A stretch of 64,000 nucleotides of DNA from Felis catus (taxonomy: Eukaryota): positions 58,034,001 through 58,098,000 of the forward strand of contig NC_058382.1 in the NCBI RefSeq assembly GCF_018350175.1, read 5' to 3'. Made by a program: the position numbers and the translations under genes. Below, piece after piece: positions 22,673 to 34,798 of the stretch. Below the pieces are notes generated by a model, which had not been told where the DNA came from, did not search any database, and saw nothing but the letters and a program-made list of their open reading frames with translations. The first letter of the stretch is position 1. Each line of letters starts with the position of its first letter.

Positions 22673-24174
22673 GAGCGCTCCCCTTGCACGCGCCTTCCTT
22701 CTCAAGGCCCTCGCCCCCCGAGGGTGCAGGAGGAGGCTGGAGGGTCTACACGGTGAAGAACCTGGGCCCCACCACCTGGCACGCTGCCGAGCCAGGACGT
22801 GCCTCGGTGGTTGCGCTCCGCACCCCGTACCTCGAGCCCCCGGCCCGGCTGCCCCCTGGCATCTGGGGGTGCAGTGCCCTGGAGGAGGAGGAGAAGGAGG
22901 CAGGGTCGCAGTGCTGGTCCCCAGGACTGACTCGCTTCCCTGGCCTTCTTGAGTGTGGGATGAGAGCGTTCGCTGAGAGGGTCCAAGTTTACCTTCCTCC
23001 GGGGCTGCCTCCACCCTGCATCCTTGCAGCACGCACGCCTCCTGCACGGGTCCGGCCGATGGCTCTCCGAAGTGGCACAAAACCTCCCCAGAGCCGTAGG
23101 GCTTGCCCGGGACCGCCCTCGCCTTTCCTTCCCCTCGCTCACACGGCGCCTTGACGTTTGGAGTCAGGGAGGTTGCCAAGCCCGCTGCAGGAATGTTTAT
23201 GGTTGAACCTCCCAAGTTGAGTCCCTGTTGCGTTTTACAAGCCATGTGGGCCTCGCACGGCGTTGCCCTCGGCGAATGTTTGCTAATAACCCAGGCGGTG
23301 GGCAGAAGTGGCCTTCACCGGGGTGGGGGGAGATGTGTGGGATTACTGGGGGGCACCGGAGGGGAGCCCCCGGAATGGAGCAGCCCCCGGGAGATGGGCT
23401 TTGGGGATAATGAACGGTGTCCAGAAAATACAGCCCCCTCTGAAAAATCTGCCACTGATCACAGACTTTTTCTGCCTTGGCTTGTAGAAGCCACAGCTTA
23501 GAAAAAATGAGATGGGGCGGGGGGCGGGGGGGTATCCTGAGCCGCCCTAAATGGGCAACAGACAGGAAATCCACCAAAGGGATATTGCGGGGGCCAGCCT
23601 GGCTTGTCTCCCTTTGGTGACTTCCAGGTGGGACAGTCCCCAGTTCTGTTGCTGTGTCTTACGTGTCTGTGGCCTTGCATGTGGGACCTGTCCCCACCCC
23701 ACCCCCACCCCCCCAGCCTGGGCACACCTTCCTTCCAGCTGGCCCAGAGACCCTCTGTTTGTCTCACGAGATGAGCACAGCCAGGAGCCCACCGCCTCGC
23801 CCTCCTCCCTGCCCGCGCATCCCCAGGCTGACAGTCGGGCGCCGTGCACGAGCCGGCTGCTGCCAGCGTAGCTCCCGGTGACACGGGTGACAGAGAGCAA
23901 GCCTCTCTGGGCTGCATATGCCCCGGGCAGACGGCTCTGCCCACCTCGGTGGGTCAGAACATCCAAAGCCCAGCAGAACCCTCCAGGCGGGGGCCCTCGC
24001 AGACCTGCCCTCCCAGCTGAGCTGCACGGCGGCCTCCGAACAGCTGTTAACGGCTACCCCGGGTCCTCAAACCTCCCGTTCCAATTTCCCATCCGAGAAT
24101 GTCACCTGGAGGAGGAGACACGGCCCCGGCAGGGAGAGAGGAAATAAAAGGGAGAGAGAGCGAGCTCGAACGCA

Positions 24175-24375
24175 CACTCTAATCTTCGCTCGGTGGCTCA
24201 GCTTTCAGGAGCCCCAATTAATCATTATTAATTTAATCCGGGATGACTCAGTCGTCCCGACAAGACTCAGCCACGATTTATCCCACCTGCTAAGGGACGA
24301 CCTTATCAGAATTCAATGAATTCGTCATTGCGTTAAGCGAGGACCCTAATGAATCTCTTGTCTGCCCAGTTTACT
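24175..24375. promoter_or_regulatory. Candidate enhancer (homeodomain, AP-1, GATA)
   Basis: CAATTAATCATTATTAATTTAATCC, TGACTCA 24244, CTTATCA 24302, CTAATGA. Confidence 0.55.
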
Positions 24376-24786
24376 GAGTGACCGTCGGTCACAAATGGCT
24401 CCCAGCCTCCCCGCCCCCACGGCGCTGCCATCGGGCCTCTCACGGACTGGGGGAGGGGGAGCCTGGGGGGGCCGCACTCAGGCAGGAGGTCCCAGCCTGC
24501 CCCCTTCTCCAGCATCCAATGAGAGACGGCGATACTCCGCTCTGTCACCAGCCGTGTTCTCACAGGCATTTGGGCAGCAGGATCACCAGGGGCGCCGATT
24601 GGAAATGGGGTTGCAGGACCTCGCCCCGCCACCCCGCCCCGGGAGCTTCTGGTCGAGAAGGCGTGGCCGGGGGCCCAGGAGGGTGCGGGTTTACCCAGCA
24701 GCCCTGGGGATTCCGGTGCGGGGCCCATACGTCTCAGCCCGAGAGCACCATGAGCCCCTTGAGGCAGGGGCCTTGATGAGGCTCAG

Positions 24787-25141
24787 TGTGTTCGTCAGGA
24801 CAGGCGAGGCCAGCTGCTGTGACAAACAGCCCCGCACCCTCACGCGTAATGCAGCAAAGCTTACCCTCATCCGGGCATCGTGGTTCAACAGGGGGTCGAG
24901 GGGGCCTTCCGTGAGATGGTTTGGGGCCCCGGGCGCTGTGGTCTCCCGGGGCCTGGAAGTCCCCTGCCGCCGGCCCAGCTGCCAGATGGTGGGAGAGGGT
25001 GGTGCGGTGGTGACGTCACTTCTGCCTATACCCCGCTAGCCGGCTCAGTCCAGCCCAAGGTGAGGGGGGGGAGATACTGCTTAGCTGTGTGTCCAGAGAG
25101 AGGAAGCCAATCTGGTGAACGTCCAGCCAGTCTCTGCCTCA
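24787..25141 (-). mobile_element. MLT1J/K-like solo LTR
   Basis: GTCAGGACAGGC...GCTGCTGTGACAAACAGCCCC; ends TAGCTGTGTGTCCAG...TGGTGAACGTCCAGCCAGTCTCTGCCTCA. Confidence 0.7.
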
Positions 25142-25607
25142 CCCGGGCCTCGGGGAGCGCCCAGCCCATGCCGGCCTCCGGGCGAGGCGGCCAGGTGACT
25201 GAAGGGCTTGCCATGGGGCCCGTGCCTTAATATCGGAGGTCACTCTGATGAGGCCGATCCGCGGGGCTCCAGGACTCCCCCCAGCCATGGTAGTGCTCAG
25301 GTCGGGGAGCCTCCTGGGAAACGGAGGCCCGTCCTTGGGTTTCGGTGGCCATCACTACCCAGATGTTCCCAGAGTAGAAGGCTGTCGTGATGTCCCTGCT
25401 CAGCTGCGGTCAGCGGGTGGGGGCTGTCCTCGTCCCCTGCCTGTCCACCTGGTGATGCTGAGCGTCGCCTCCTCCTGCAGGCAGACCTCCCTGTCGCCCC
25501 AGGGCACTGAGATGCCCCTTCCTCTGAACCAGACCCAGCGCCTGTGGTCCCAGGATGTCTGCCCTGCACGTGGGCAGCAGAGCCCAATCCTCGCAGCGCT
25601 TCCGAAC

Positions 25608-25771
25608 TCGTTGAGCGTTTGCTGTATGCCGAGGGTTCCACCTGGACTCATTCTTTTGGCCTCCACAACCACCCTGGGTGGCAGCTTCTGCGGTCACTCG
25701 CACTTTATGGACAAGGGAGCTGAGGCCCAGAGAGGTGAAGCGGGCTGCCCAAGGCCACACAGCTCAGCAGT
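25608..25771 (-). mobile_element. MIR
   Basis: TTGAGCGTTTGCTGTATGCC...CTGAGGCCCAGAGAGGTGAAG...TGCCCAAGGCCACACAGCT. Confidence 0.85.
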
Positions 25772-25879
25772 TACAGACCAGGTTACAAGTATGAAGGCCA
25801 GGAGCAGGGCCGTGGAGCCAGGCGGCCGGTTCACAGCCGACGGCACTTCTCAGGCTCCAGGAGACCCAGGGAGACTGGG

Positions 25880-25976
25880 CCCTGCCTCAGTTTCCCCATG
25901 ACTGAAACGGGCTGTGAGGGTTACAGGAGAGGAAGTATATGACCCACCTGGCACGGGGAGTGCCCAGTAAGTGTGG
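25880..25976 (+). mobile_element. MIR fragment
   Basis: TGCCTCAGTTTCCCCAT...TGTGAGGGTTA...CCTGGCAC...CAGTAAGTG. Confidence 0.7.
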
Positions 25977-26163
25977 CCACTGCCTGGCCCTGCTTGAACC
26001 CCGAGTCCCTTGGAAACTCTGAGCACAAGGGCGGCACCCTATGCTTTTGCAGGCACTCTGCAGAGCCAGCCACGGCATCCTTAGGAGACAGCGGAAGGTG
26101 CCTCTCTGCGGGCCAAGCATACGGGACCGGGCGGCCGCTGTGCGTCCTGCACCACATGTCCCC

Positions 26164-26270
26164 AAATCATGGAATGTCAGGGCTCCCAGGAACCTCAGAG
26201 ACAGCCTTCCTGTTCCGTGGTGGGGAAACTGAGTCCCAGAGGGCGGAGCGGATCAATCACATCACGGTTG
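26164..26270 (-). mobile_element. MIR3-like fragment
   Basis: AATCATGGAATGTCAGGGCT...GGGGAAACTGAGTCCCAGAG. Confidence 0.6.
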
Positions 26271-28719
26271 TGTGTAGAGCTTCGAGTCGTCCCCCGGCTG
26301 ATGCCTAGGCTTGTTTTCTTTGACGACCCACAGCCTGGGGAGGACGGGCACTCTGGTGGAGTGGGGGGGTCCTCTCCGGAGGTCACTGGGCCCCCTCCCG
26401 GCATCATAGGGAGACAGGGTAGCCGCCAGGAGCAGCCCCATTCCGTGTGTCAGGAGAAACGCCAGGCCCGTGACTTCGGAAAGGCAGGGAAAGGGGGCTC
26501 TTGGGATTGGAGACCCCGTGAGCAGCTGCCCCGGTGGGGGTCCCTTTGCCCCGAGCCGACCAGGCCTGGCATCAGCTGAGACCGTGAGAAGCCGCCGGCT
26601 GGCAGCTGGGTGTGACGTTCCCGCTGGACCCAAGCAGCACGCACGGAATACAGATGGGGCAGGCCGGGGCGCTCACGACCTCGCCGGGAACAGTGTCCCT
26701 AAAACGTCCCGCGGCTCTGGATCCTGCCCAGCTCCGTTTCCTAATCCTCCGCGTGTGGGGCTGGGGACAGGGGGCGGGTGTGGATGCTCTGGAGCGCTGG
26801 CCCGGCCGGCAGGTGGCCCGACCAGACAGCGAGTGCCGAGAGCCGTGTGGCTCCAGAGCGGGGCGAAAGGGTCCGCGATGCTTCGTCCCGGGCGGCGTGG
26901 CCGTCGTGGCTGCAGACTGGGTGCGTGGTGTGGAGTGTGAGTGATTTGTTCTGGACGGGGCCGAGGGCTCCCCTGAGACTGCGGTGAAGTTCCACAGCCA
27001 GCTTGGCAGTTCAAGGCCGTCCAGACAGGGACCTGCGTCCACCCCGGGGTGAGGCCGCGCCCAGGCCGGTTCGGGGAAGCCACCGGAAGCGGACAGGGTA
27101 GCTTTTAGGCCAAGCATTTTCCAGAGAGAGGAGAGCGGCCGGACTGAGAGGTGGTTCACCCAGAGGGAGGGAGGGGGCTCCCGGCCCCCCTGCCCGTTAG
27201 GCCCTGGGGCACCAGCGCTGCTTTGGGAGAGAAGGAGGGAGGCCCGGCGTGCGAACCCAGCTCGCGCCTTCGAGTATCTCAGCCCCGAGTGCCAGGTGTG
27301 GGGTCTGCAGGGCTGGGCCGCACAGCCAGGCTCTGTGTTGAGGCAGATGGGCCGCCCCAGGAGCGGGGAAGGCTCGGCCACGGTGCACCTGCTGACACGC
27401 GGCCCCTAAGGGGCTTGAGCCGGTCTACGCGGGGTGGGAGGCGGTGCTCCCCATCGAGGCTGACAGCTCTCTGCCAGAGCCTCCACCTTGCTCTCCTTCC
27501 TCTGCCGTGTTCTCTCCGCTTCGGCATCCGCAAACGTGGGAGGAGGTCCGCAAGGCGGCCCCCGGCCCCCCACCCCCAGGCCCAGGCTGGGCCGTGTGCT
27601 GGGAGCCCTCACGGAAGTCCGAGCGGAAGGCTGTGACGCTCAAGTTGTGGTTTATGATCCTGAGCAGGACGGGCCGAGGCGAGAGGCGCACAGGGCAGGG
27701 GGCCGGCTCTCGGCCGCCCCCTCCCGGTGGGATCAAGACAGTGTTGACCCCTCGCGGCGACGAGGGTGACCCACCCATATGGCGTGCTGCCAGCTGGAGA
27801 TGCTCCCCCGAGCCTCAGTGTCCGGAGGGCTTACTGGGCTCAGTCGCAAGGGCATGGCTGACCGCCCAGGTGGCCAGGCCCCCCCCCCCCAGAAATCACT
27901 GACGCATGGACCATGCTGTGTGGCCCATGGCCCCAGGTAAACAAAGACCCTCTTGCCTAGGGCATCCCAAGGACCCGGAGGTCACCTCCCAGGAGCCAAA
28001 GGCAGGGGACCAGACCTCTCTGGGCGCTGTTCATTACTTGGGACTTTTAGCAGTTGGATTCAGCTCTGTTGAAGCCAGTAGAAGTTTCTCGAAGGGAAGG
28101 ATGTGGTAACTTCCTCCCCAGTAGTGGGCCAGCAACGCCAACGGCATCCTCCGGTGGCAGGGGGAGGGCAGAGGAGGGATTTGGCCATGAACTTCGAGGA
28201 GACCCTGAACGAGCATCCGAGGGTCTGTGTCCTCATATTTGAACTAGAAGGTAGAGCTCCTGCCTCTCTGGACTCAGAGGAGGTGCCCGAAGGGGCCCTC
28301 AGGACCTCACTGCCGCGTGGCTGATAGCTCGGTCGTGAGGGCCTGGGGGTTGGAAGGGCTGGCTGGTCCCTCTGTGCCGTGGACCCCAAGCCCAGCCCTC
28401 CAGGAGGACCCTGAAGGGGCCTTTGGGGGCAGCTGGGCCAGAGAACACATTTTACTTTTTCAGACCCTGGAGCGAGTGTCAAAACAGCCTCTCTGCTCCC
28501 AGGCCTGGAAAGCCATCCTGGGAAATGGACACGCGTGGTGAGCCGCGAAGTGCACGGCTGACCACAGAGAGGAGGGCAGAGCCTTCTTTTCCACCGTTGG
28601 AGAAAGGCTCCCAGGACTATCAACGTTCCTATGGCAATCAGTCCTTAACAGGAAATCTTTCTTTCTTGTTTATTAAAACTGACTCCCCCCGCCCCCCCCA
28701 ACAGGTCTTTGAGACGCAA

Positions 28720-28790
28720 GCCTGGCTTTCCACTCCCGCGTGTACCCCGAAAGAACGGAATATATACGTTCAAGCAAACAGTTCTCCGAT
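28720..28790 (+). mobile_element. L1M fragment
   Basis: TTCCACTCC...TACCCCGAAAGAACGGAATATATACGTTCA resembles the L1 ORF2-end motif TTCCACTCCTAGGTATATACCCAAGAGAA. Confidence 0.5.
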
Positions 28791-29689
28791 TCTGCAGGCC
28801 AGACAGCCGCCCTGCGTGTAGTCTAAATCAGAGAGGTTGACCAGAAGCCTTTGGGGGGGGGGGGGGAGCACGAGGGCAAGTTCAGCATTCTGAGATCCCA
28901 CAGGGGAAGGTTCCCCCGGCTGGGGACCGCGCTGTCCTGGATGGGGTGATAGGCATTTCTGCCGACTCGGGACTCCGAGGGCGCTCGGACGGGTGCGTGG
29001 CGGTGCCGGCGGCCTGATTCGGTTCGGCGACGGGTCACCGGTACGGCGGTCAGCGGGGGCTCCGGAGTTGGCCTGGGAATTCGGGTTTGATGCTGCGGCC
29101 CCGCGTGGGACCCGGGAACCCGCATCCCCGACAAGCTGCCCGGAGGGATGCTGAGGCCGTGCTCTCTTGAGCTGGCCCTCGGGAGGGTCACCGTGCTGGG
29201 CCCCCCGCGTGCCGGGGCCTGGGGGTGAGGCGTGGACGCGGCAGAGAAGCGCCCATTGTGCCCGTGGCAGCTGATGTGGTTCCAGCTGGTGGAGAGGCGG
29301 GCGCCCCCTCCCCCGCCCCGGCTCGGGAACAAACATCTCTTCTTACAAAAAAATAGAAAAAGAGAAGTGACAGGGGCCGTGGCCGTGCTTTCCACATGAC
29401 CTGCCGGGGAACAGAGCGCGTCTTTGTTAATCCAGCCGTCTGTCGGTTGGCCTCTGCATGGAGGCATAAGCCACTTAGCGCCGCCTCACCCCTGACCCGC
29501 GTCGGCGCTCGGCTGGGCCCCGGGCCCGGTTGGGGGGGCCTGGCCTGCGCCCCCGCCAGCTGCCCCCGGTGCCGGGGGGAGGGGGGCAAGCAGAGCCGTC
29601 CTGACGGTGACAAGGGAGGCCCCGGGGAGGGGTGTGCCCTAGCGGGGGCGCCGTGGGGCTCGAGCATCACCCGAGGTTTTGGGGCCTGT

Positions 29690-29793
29690 AGCTTCTGGGG
29701 GCCTCAGTTTCCTCCTCAGGGAAATGGGAACAATGGCCGCGGCTACCCTGCACTGGGTGCCTGTGAACTTAAACGGGTTAAGGTTTGCAAGTC
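29690..29793 (+). mobile_element. MIR fragment
   Basis: GGCCTCAGTTTCCTCCTCAGGGAAATGGGAACAAT. Confidence 0.7.
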
Positions 29794-30589
29794 AGCCGGC
29801 AGTCCTCGAGAGGGAGGCGTGTTTATTAAACCATCCTTCCCCTTAGTATTTTCATCACCCTACCCTCTCTTTTCGTAAGGACGGGATCAGCCTTCCTTAC
29901 CCACCGCCTCCGCTCCCCCTCCCCTCCTGACCCCCCCCCCCCCGCCCCGGCCCTTCTCTCAGACCCTGTCACCTGTCCTCCCTGTTCCTTCTCCCTCAGT
30001 TGCCCTCCTCCCTGCTCCCGGGCGTTCAGACGCCATCCGGGGTCCCGTGGGCCTGCGGAGGCCCACGAGGGCGAGAGGAGGGCAGCTCGAGCCCCGTCTG
30101 GAAAGGGCTGTGCCCAGTCAGGACGCCCCAGGGATGGACACCCCACCCAGGACCTCAGGTCGCGCTCCCGCCGAAGTCCTGAGTCCGGAGGTCTGTCCAC
30201 GGGGCTTGGGGCACACGCAGGGGGGCCGGCGGGACCCCTCTCCTCTGCCACCGCAGCCCCGTACCCTTCAGCGCCTTCCCACTCGGATCCACCTGGGCAG
30301 GAACAATCTGAGGCTAAATATAGCCCCCGCCGGCCTCTCCTCCACGGCTGTCAGGAATGGCTGTAGGTCTGTCAAGAAGGATTAGCTCGTCTTCCAGCCG
30401 GTAGTGGTTCTGATCGCGGGGGAGGAAGCCCGGGCGGGAAGGACAGCCCGCTGCTCCCCGGTGCCAGCCTCCAATTCCAGAGGCCCCACAAGATGCCCCA
30501 TTTCTTGGGTCCCCTCCTCCCCCAGCAGATGGGTGGAGACCTTAAGCCTAGGGCCAGTGACCCAGGAGGGCCAGAGCGAGGCACAGAGG

Positions 30590-30904
30590 GGATGCCCCCT
30601 CCTTCTGCCAGGCGCTGGTCTCACTGCCAGGGTGTCTGGGGGCCCCGGGCGTTCCTGGGTTTATGGCCACATCCAGCCGAGTCTCTGTCTCCGCTGTCAC
30701 GTGGCTTCTCCTCTGCGTCCCCACATCTCCCTGTCCCTGTTTCTTATAAGGACATCTGTCATCGGATTTCAGGCCCACCCTAATCCAGCACGACTTTATT
30801 TTAACTCGAGTTCATCTACAAAGACCCTGTTTCCGACAAGGTCCCGTTTATAGGTTCCGGGAAGACATTCGTTTCGGGGGGGGGGGACTGTTTACCGCGG
30901 TACA
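30590..30904 (-). mobile_element. MLT1B/C LTR (partial)
   Basis: CTTATAAGGACA, GGCCCACCCTAATCCAG, ATCTACAAAGACCCTGTTTCC, terminal TACA. Confidence 0.88.
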
Positions 30905-30906
30905 TG

Positions 30907-31027
30907 GGGCCACAAAAACAGCCCAGACCCCGAGACTGTGTGCACGTGCCTCCCCAAAGCAGGGGGACAGGAATGCTGCCTCCTCCCAGGAACCCTCTGG
31001 AAAGTTCTTTAGATTGCTCTGGGTGTT
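30907..31027 (+). repeat. 121-bp direct repeat, copy 1
   Basis: 114/121 ungapped identity to 32392-32512, counted by eye. Confidence 0.93.
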
Positions 31028-32391
31028 CGCAGGAGCCGGAGGAGGACTCGTCCACCCAGGTCAAGGAGGGGCATCCCTGGGTCCCTGTCCCCATGCTGGC
31101 CTGGCCTGGCTGGCCTGGAGTATTTACTGAGCGGCCTCCTGGCGGGCCCCCGAGCGGGGGATGGAGAGGCCTCGCTGGGACCAGCTGCCTCCACTGATGC
31201 CTGCAGAGGCCCCGAGGACTGATGCCCCAGGGACCAGTAGTCCCTCAGCCCTGGCAGGACGTTCCTGCCACCCAGACAGGGGAGGGAAGCCAGTGGGGCC
31301 TCCTGGGGCTCTTTCTCAGGCCGGGAGGGGCAGGCCCAGCAGTGACCTCTTGTCCCCGAGACCACAGCTGGGCATCCACAGAGCGGGGTGGGTTCTGGGT
31401 TCAAGTCCCCACCCTGCCCCCTCCTGGCCGTGCCCCGTCTTCCCACCCAGGGAGTGGCCCCACCTGTACCCGCTGCACGAAGGCCCTTGTAGGGTTGAGT
31501 GAGTTAGTCTGCGACGTTCTTCTGGGAGCGCCTGCAGGGTCGGGGTCAGAGAACCCTCTCCCTTCCCACCATCCTGCTTCTCCTCTGGCTGAACCCCCAT
31601 TGCCACGTGTGTCCCCTTCAAGGCCCCGAGACACCTTGCTCACCCCTTGTCCCGTGTGGTTCCATGCCTGGGAGGCAGGCCCCGCCCGAGGACCACCCTG
31701 GGTGGGTGTCCCGAGATGGCCTGCCTGCTTGGTCCAGGGCCAGGCCATCTTGGCTGTCTCTCTTTCATGGACAACAGCGCCTTTCATGTCGGGTCTGAGG
31801 AAGCCAAGCGGAATAATCCCACCCCTGCCTCAGTGCCCCTTCCTGCCCCCTCCCTGCCCTTTGCCGTGAGAGGATTTCCTGCCCTGCTGGTCACCACAGG
31901 ACAGCTGCTGGGGCATCATACCCGGGGGAGCAAGGTCTCGGCCTGAAGCAGGACTCCAGGGCCAGCTCAGACGGGCACTGAGGGCTGAGGCCAGGTGGCC
32001 CCAGGCCTGGGCAGTTGCACAGCTGTAGAGATGGGGTCTGGGAGCTGCTGGGGGCTCTCATGCCAGGCCTGGCCTCTGCCAGCCCGCAGCCGAGGCTGAG
32101 CTGACAATATCCACCCAGGGCCGCTGGACCCCCACACCTGCTCACTTTGGGGGGCTGAGAGGCCAGGGGACCTAAGACAGAGGTGAGCAGGTTCTAGGGT
32201 GATATGATAATGCACTGGTCCCAGCCAGGGTGTGCTGGGGAGTGGGGAGTGAGGGTGTGGTGGGAGGGTGAAAGAGAGAAAGAGAGAGCTGGCTCAGAGA
32301 GGTCCCCCTCCCGCCCTCGCCCCCCCCCCCCCAGTAGTGCCTCATGCAGTGGAGGGAAGGAAGAAGAAAGGAGAAGTCAGTCTGCTAGCTC

Positions 32392-32512
32392 GGGCCACAA
32401 AAACAGCCCAGACCCCGAGGCCGTGTGCACGTTCCTCCCCGAAGTAGGGGGACAGGAATGCTGCCTCCTCCCAGGAACCTTCTGGAAAGTTCTTTAGATT
32501 GCTCTGGATGTT
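32392..32512 (+). repeat. 121-bp direct repeat, copy 2
   Basis: GGGCCACAAAAACAGCCCAGACCCCGAG...TCTGGAAAGTTCTTTAGATTGCTCTGG; offset 1485 bp from copy 1. Confidence 0.93.
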
Positions 32513-32682
32513 TGTTTTAAGCTCACAACTCGGGGTGAAAAGCAGACAGGAAGCACACACGGCCAGCACGGGGGGTGGGGGGGAGGACAGCTGGGGGCCA
32601 GATGGCGGCATGGCAGGCACAGCAGGGCTTTGGTAAGGCTGCAGGCCTCGGAGGCAGCCAGGCCGGCTGCCCACTGTCCCCT

Positions 32683-32688
32683 CACGTG

Positions 32689-32719
<31 letters not shown>

Positions 32720-32735
32720 GCGCGCGCGCGCACAC
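32683..32735. repeat. Alternating purine-pyrimidine tract with (CA)13(CG)6
   Basis: Read directly from the sequence. Confidence 0.96.
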
Positions 32736-33342
32736 CTGGGGCCCCTCCGTCCTCTGCTGTCTGCTCCCTGAGACCTGTCTGCTCTTGAACCCTCCCAGAG
32801 GCGCCCTGCCATCCTGGGTCATCCCTCCCTGTCCCCCGGCACAGGCACCGGGCTCTCCCCAGCTTGCGGTTTATCCTTTCTTTCCCGAGTCTTATCTCCC
32901 CAGACAGGATTCCCCCAGGGCAGGCACCAGCGTGGTCTCTGTCTCTCGGGTGCCTTTCGGGGCATCTGGTAGGAGAGACAGAGCCCGTCTTGGGGCCCAG
33001 CCTCGGTAGCTGAGAGATCCGGGGCCTTCACATCTCGATCACGAGGCCGACTGGCGCTCTCCCCACGTTTGCCCTGATGTATCAGAACATCCAGGACATT
33101 TGCGTGGTTTGGAGGGACAGCCGGCCACAGTGTTTCCAGTGGGAGCCAGCTCAGAAAATCCGCTGTGCGGGCGTGTCCTGGGACCAAGCAGAGGCCTGAT
33201 TCAGAAACGTCCAGAGTGCCCAGCTCTGCCCCGTCTGGACACGAGCAGCCAAGGCGTCCAGTGACCTTTGGCTGTCTTTAGTCTTCAGTGTCTTTCTCAA
33301 GACCTGCAAGGACACCTCTGTACAGTCAGATTTGACCACTGA

Positions 33343-33588
33343 GGGGCGCCCGCGGGGCTCGGTGAGTTGGGCCAGAGACTTTGGCTCAGGTCACGATCTC
33401 ACGGTTTGTGGGTTCAAACCCCACGTCAGGCTCTGTGCTGACACCTCGGAGCCTGCAGCCTGCTTCGGATTCTGTGTCTCCCTCTCTCTCTGCCCTCCTC
33501 TGCCTGCACTCTGTCTCTGTATCTCTCTCTCGAAAATAAATAGATATTTTTAAAAAATCACAAAATTAAAAAAAGTTAAAAAAAAAAT
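33343..33588 (+). mobile_element. CanSINE with perfect 13-bp TSD
   Basis: GGGGCGCC head, (CT) tract, A tail; TSD TTTGACCACTGAG at 33331-33343 and 33589-33601. Confidence 0.96.
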
Positions 33589-34020
33589 TTTGACCACTGA
33601 GAAGGAGACAGAGTTGAGGGAGAGGGGATGCGGGGCTGGTGGCCACACTTACCCCTGCCTAGCCCTGAGGGCCAAACAGCCTGGCCCATCCTTGAACCAG
33701 ACCTGGGACAGCAGTGTGGAGCTGACAGGGGCCGCCAAGGCCCCCGCTCTCTGGAGGGCAGGGCAGGTGCGGGGCCCCAGGTGGGAGGGGAGAGGGGGGA
33801 AGGGAGTGGCCGCACCTGCTACGGTATGTTGCCCTGAAGGGCTGTGCCCTGGCTGCTCCCAGGCCACTGCTCAGGGCCACAGAGTATCCCAGCCGGACCG
33901 ACGCCAGAGGCCATCTGGTCCGTCTGCCGGTTTCCAAAGGGTCAAGTGATTTACCGGAAACTTCATAGCAGCCAATTAACTTCTACAACAGCACCCCTGC
34001 ACGGTAGAAATACCACGCCA

Positions 34021-34201
34021 GGGGCGCCTGGGTGGCTCCGTCGGCTGAACGTCTGACTTCTGCTCAGGTCGTGATCTCACAGCTCGTGAGTTCGAGCCCT
34101 GCATCGGGTTTGCGGCTTCGGTTCCTGTCTCTCTCTGCACCTCCCCAGCTCGTGCCTTCTCTCGGTCTCTAAAATAAATAAAAACATTAAAAAAAAAAAA
34201 A
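34021..34201 (+). mobile_element. CanSINE nested in MER33
   Basis: GGGGCGCCTGGGTGGCTCCGTCGG head, poly-A; degenerate TSD AAATACCACGC / AAGTATCACGC. Confidence 0.95.
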
Positions 34202-34269
34202 GTATCACGCAGGCCACACATGTAATCTTAATTTTCCTAGTAGCCCCTTACAAACAAGTGAAAACATTC

Positions 34270-34440
34270 TCCTTCTCATCACAAGGAAAAATGTTTTGTA
34301 ACCGCACGAGGTGATAGATGTTAACGAAGCTCATTGTGTTGATCGTTTTGCGGGATGTACACACATCAAATCATTATGTGATGCACCTGAAGCCAATACA
34401 ATGTCATGTGTCAATTATATCTCAGTGAAACCGGAGACGA
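34270..34440 (+). mobile_element. L1 3' terminal fragment nested in MER33
   Basis: TTCTCATCACAAGGAAAA...GAGGTGATAGATGTTAAC...ATCAAATCATTATGT...GTCAATTATATCTCA. Confidence 0.8.
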
Positions 34441-34779
34441 AAAGTAAAAACGGGTGAAATAAAGTATAATATGTAGTCCAAATATAATCAGGTTAGCGTG
34501 TAATCACTGCATTGAGTTATCAGTGAGATCTTTTCATAGCAAACGTGGTGTGTCCGCTTATGACACATCTCGAGCGGCCCAGGGTGCATTTTGGGGGCTC
34601 CAGAGCGACGTATGGCCCGTGGCCATGGCGCTGGATGAGCGGGTGTGGGACCCAGGCCCCTGACCCCTCGTCCGGGCACTTTCTCTCTCCCTGGTTCCCC
34701 AACGGGCGCAGGTTATCCTGCAAGTTCTCATCCCCGACAGCAGAGGGAGCTGCTCACAGACGGGAAGGGGTACCGCTCG

Positions 34780-34798
34780 TGGCCAGTAGGGGGCAGTG
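34780..34798 (+). promoter_or_regulatory. Strong CTCF motif
   Basis: TGGCCAGTAGGGGGCAGTG, exact core match; a second near match GCAGTAGATGGCAG (13/14) at 34903-34916. Confidence 0.62.

Larger units (their letters stand above)
33989..34640. mobile_element. MER33-like hAT element carrying two nested insertions
   Basis: TAGAAATA...GCCACACATGTAATCTTAATTTTCCTAGTAGCC...AAAGTAAAAACGGGTGAAAT...CACATCTC. Confidence 0.75.
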
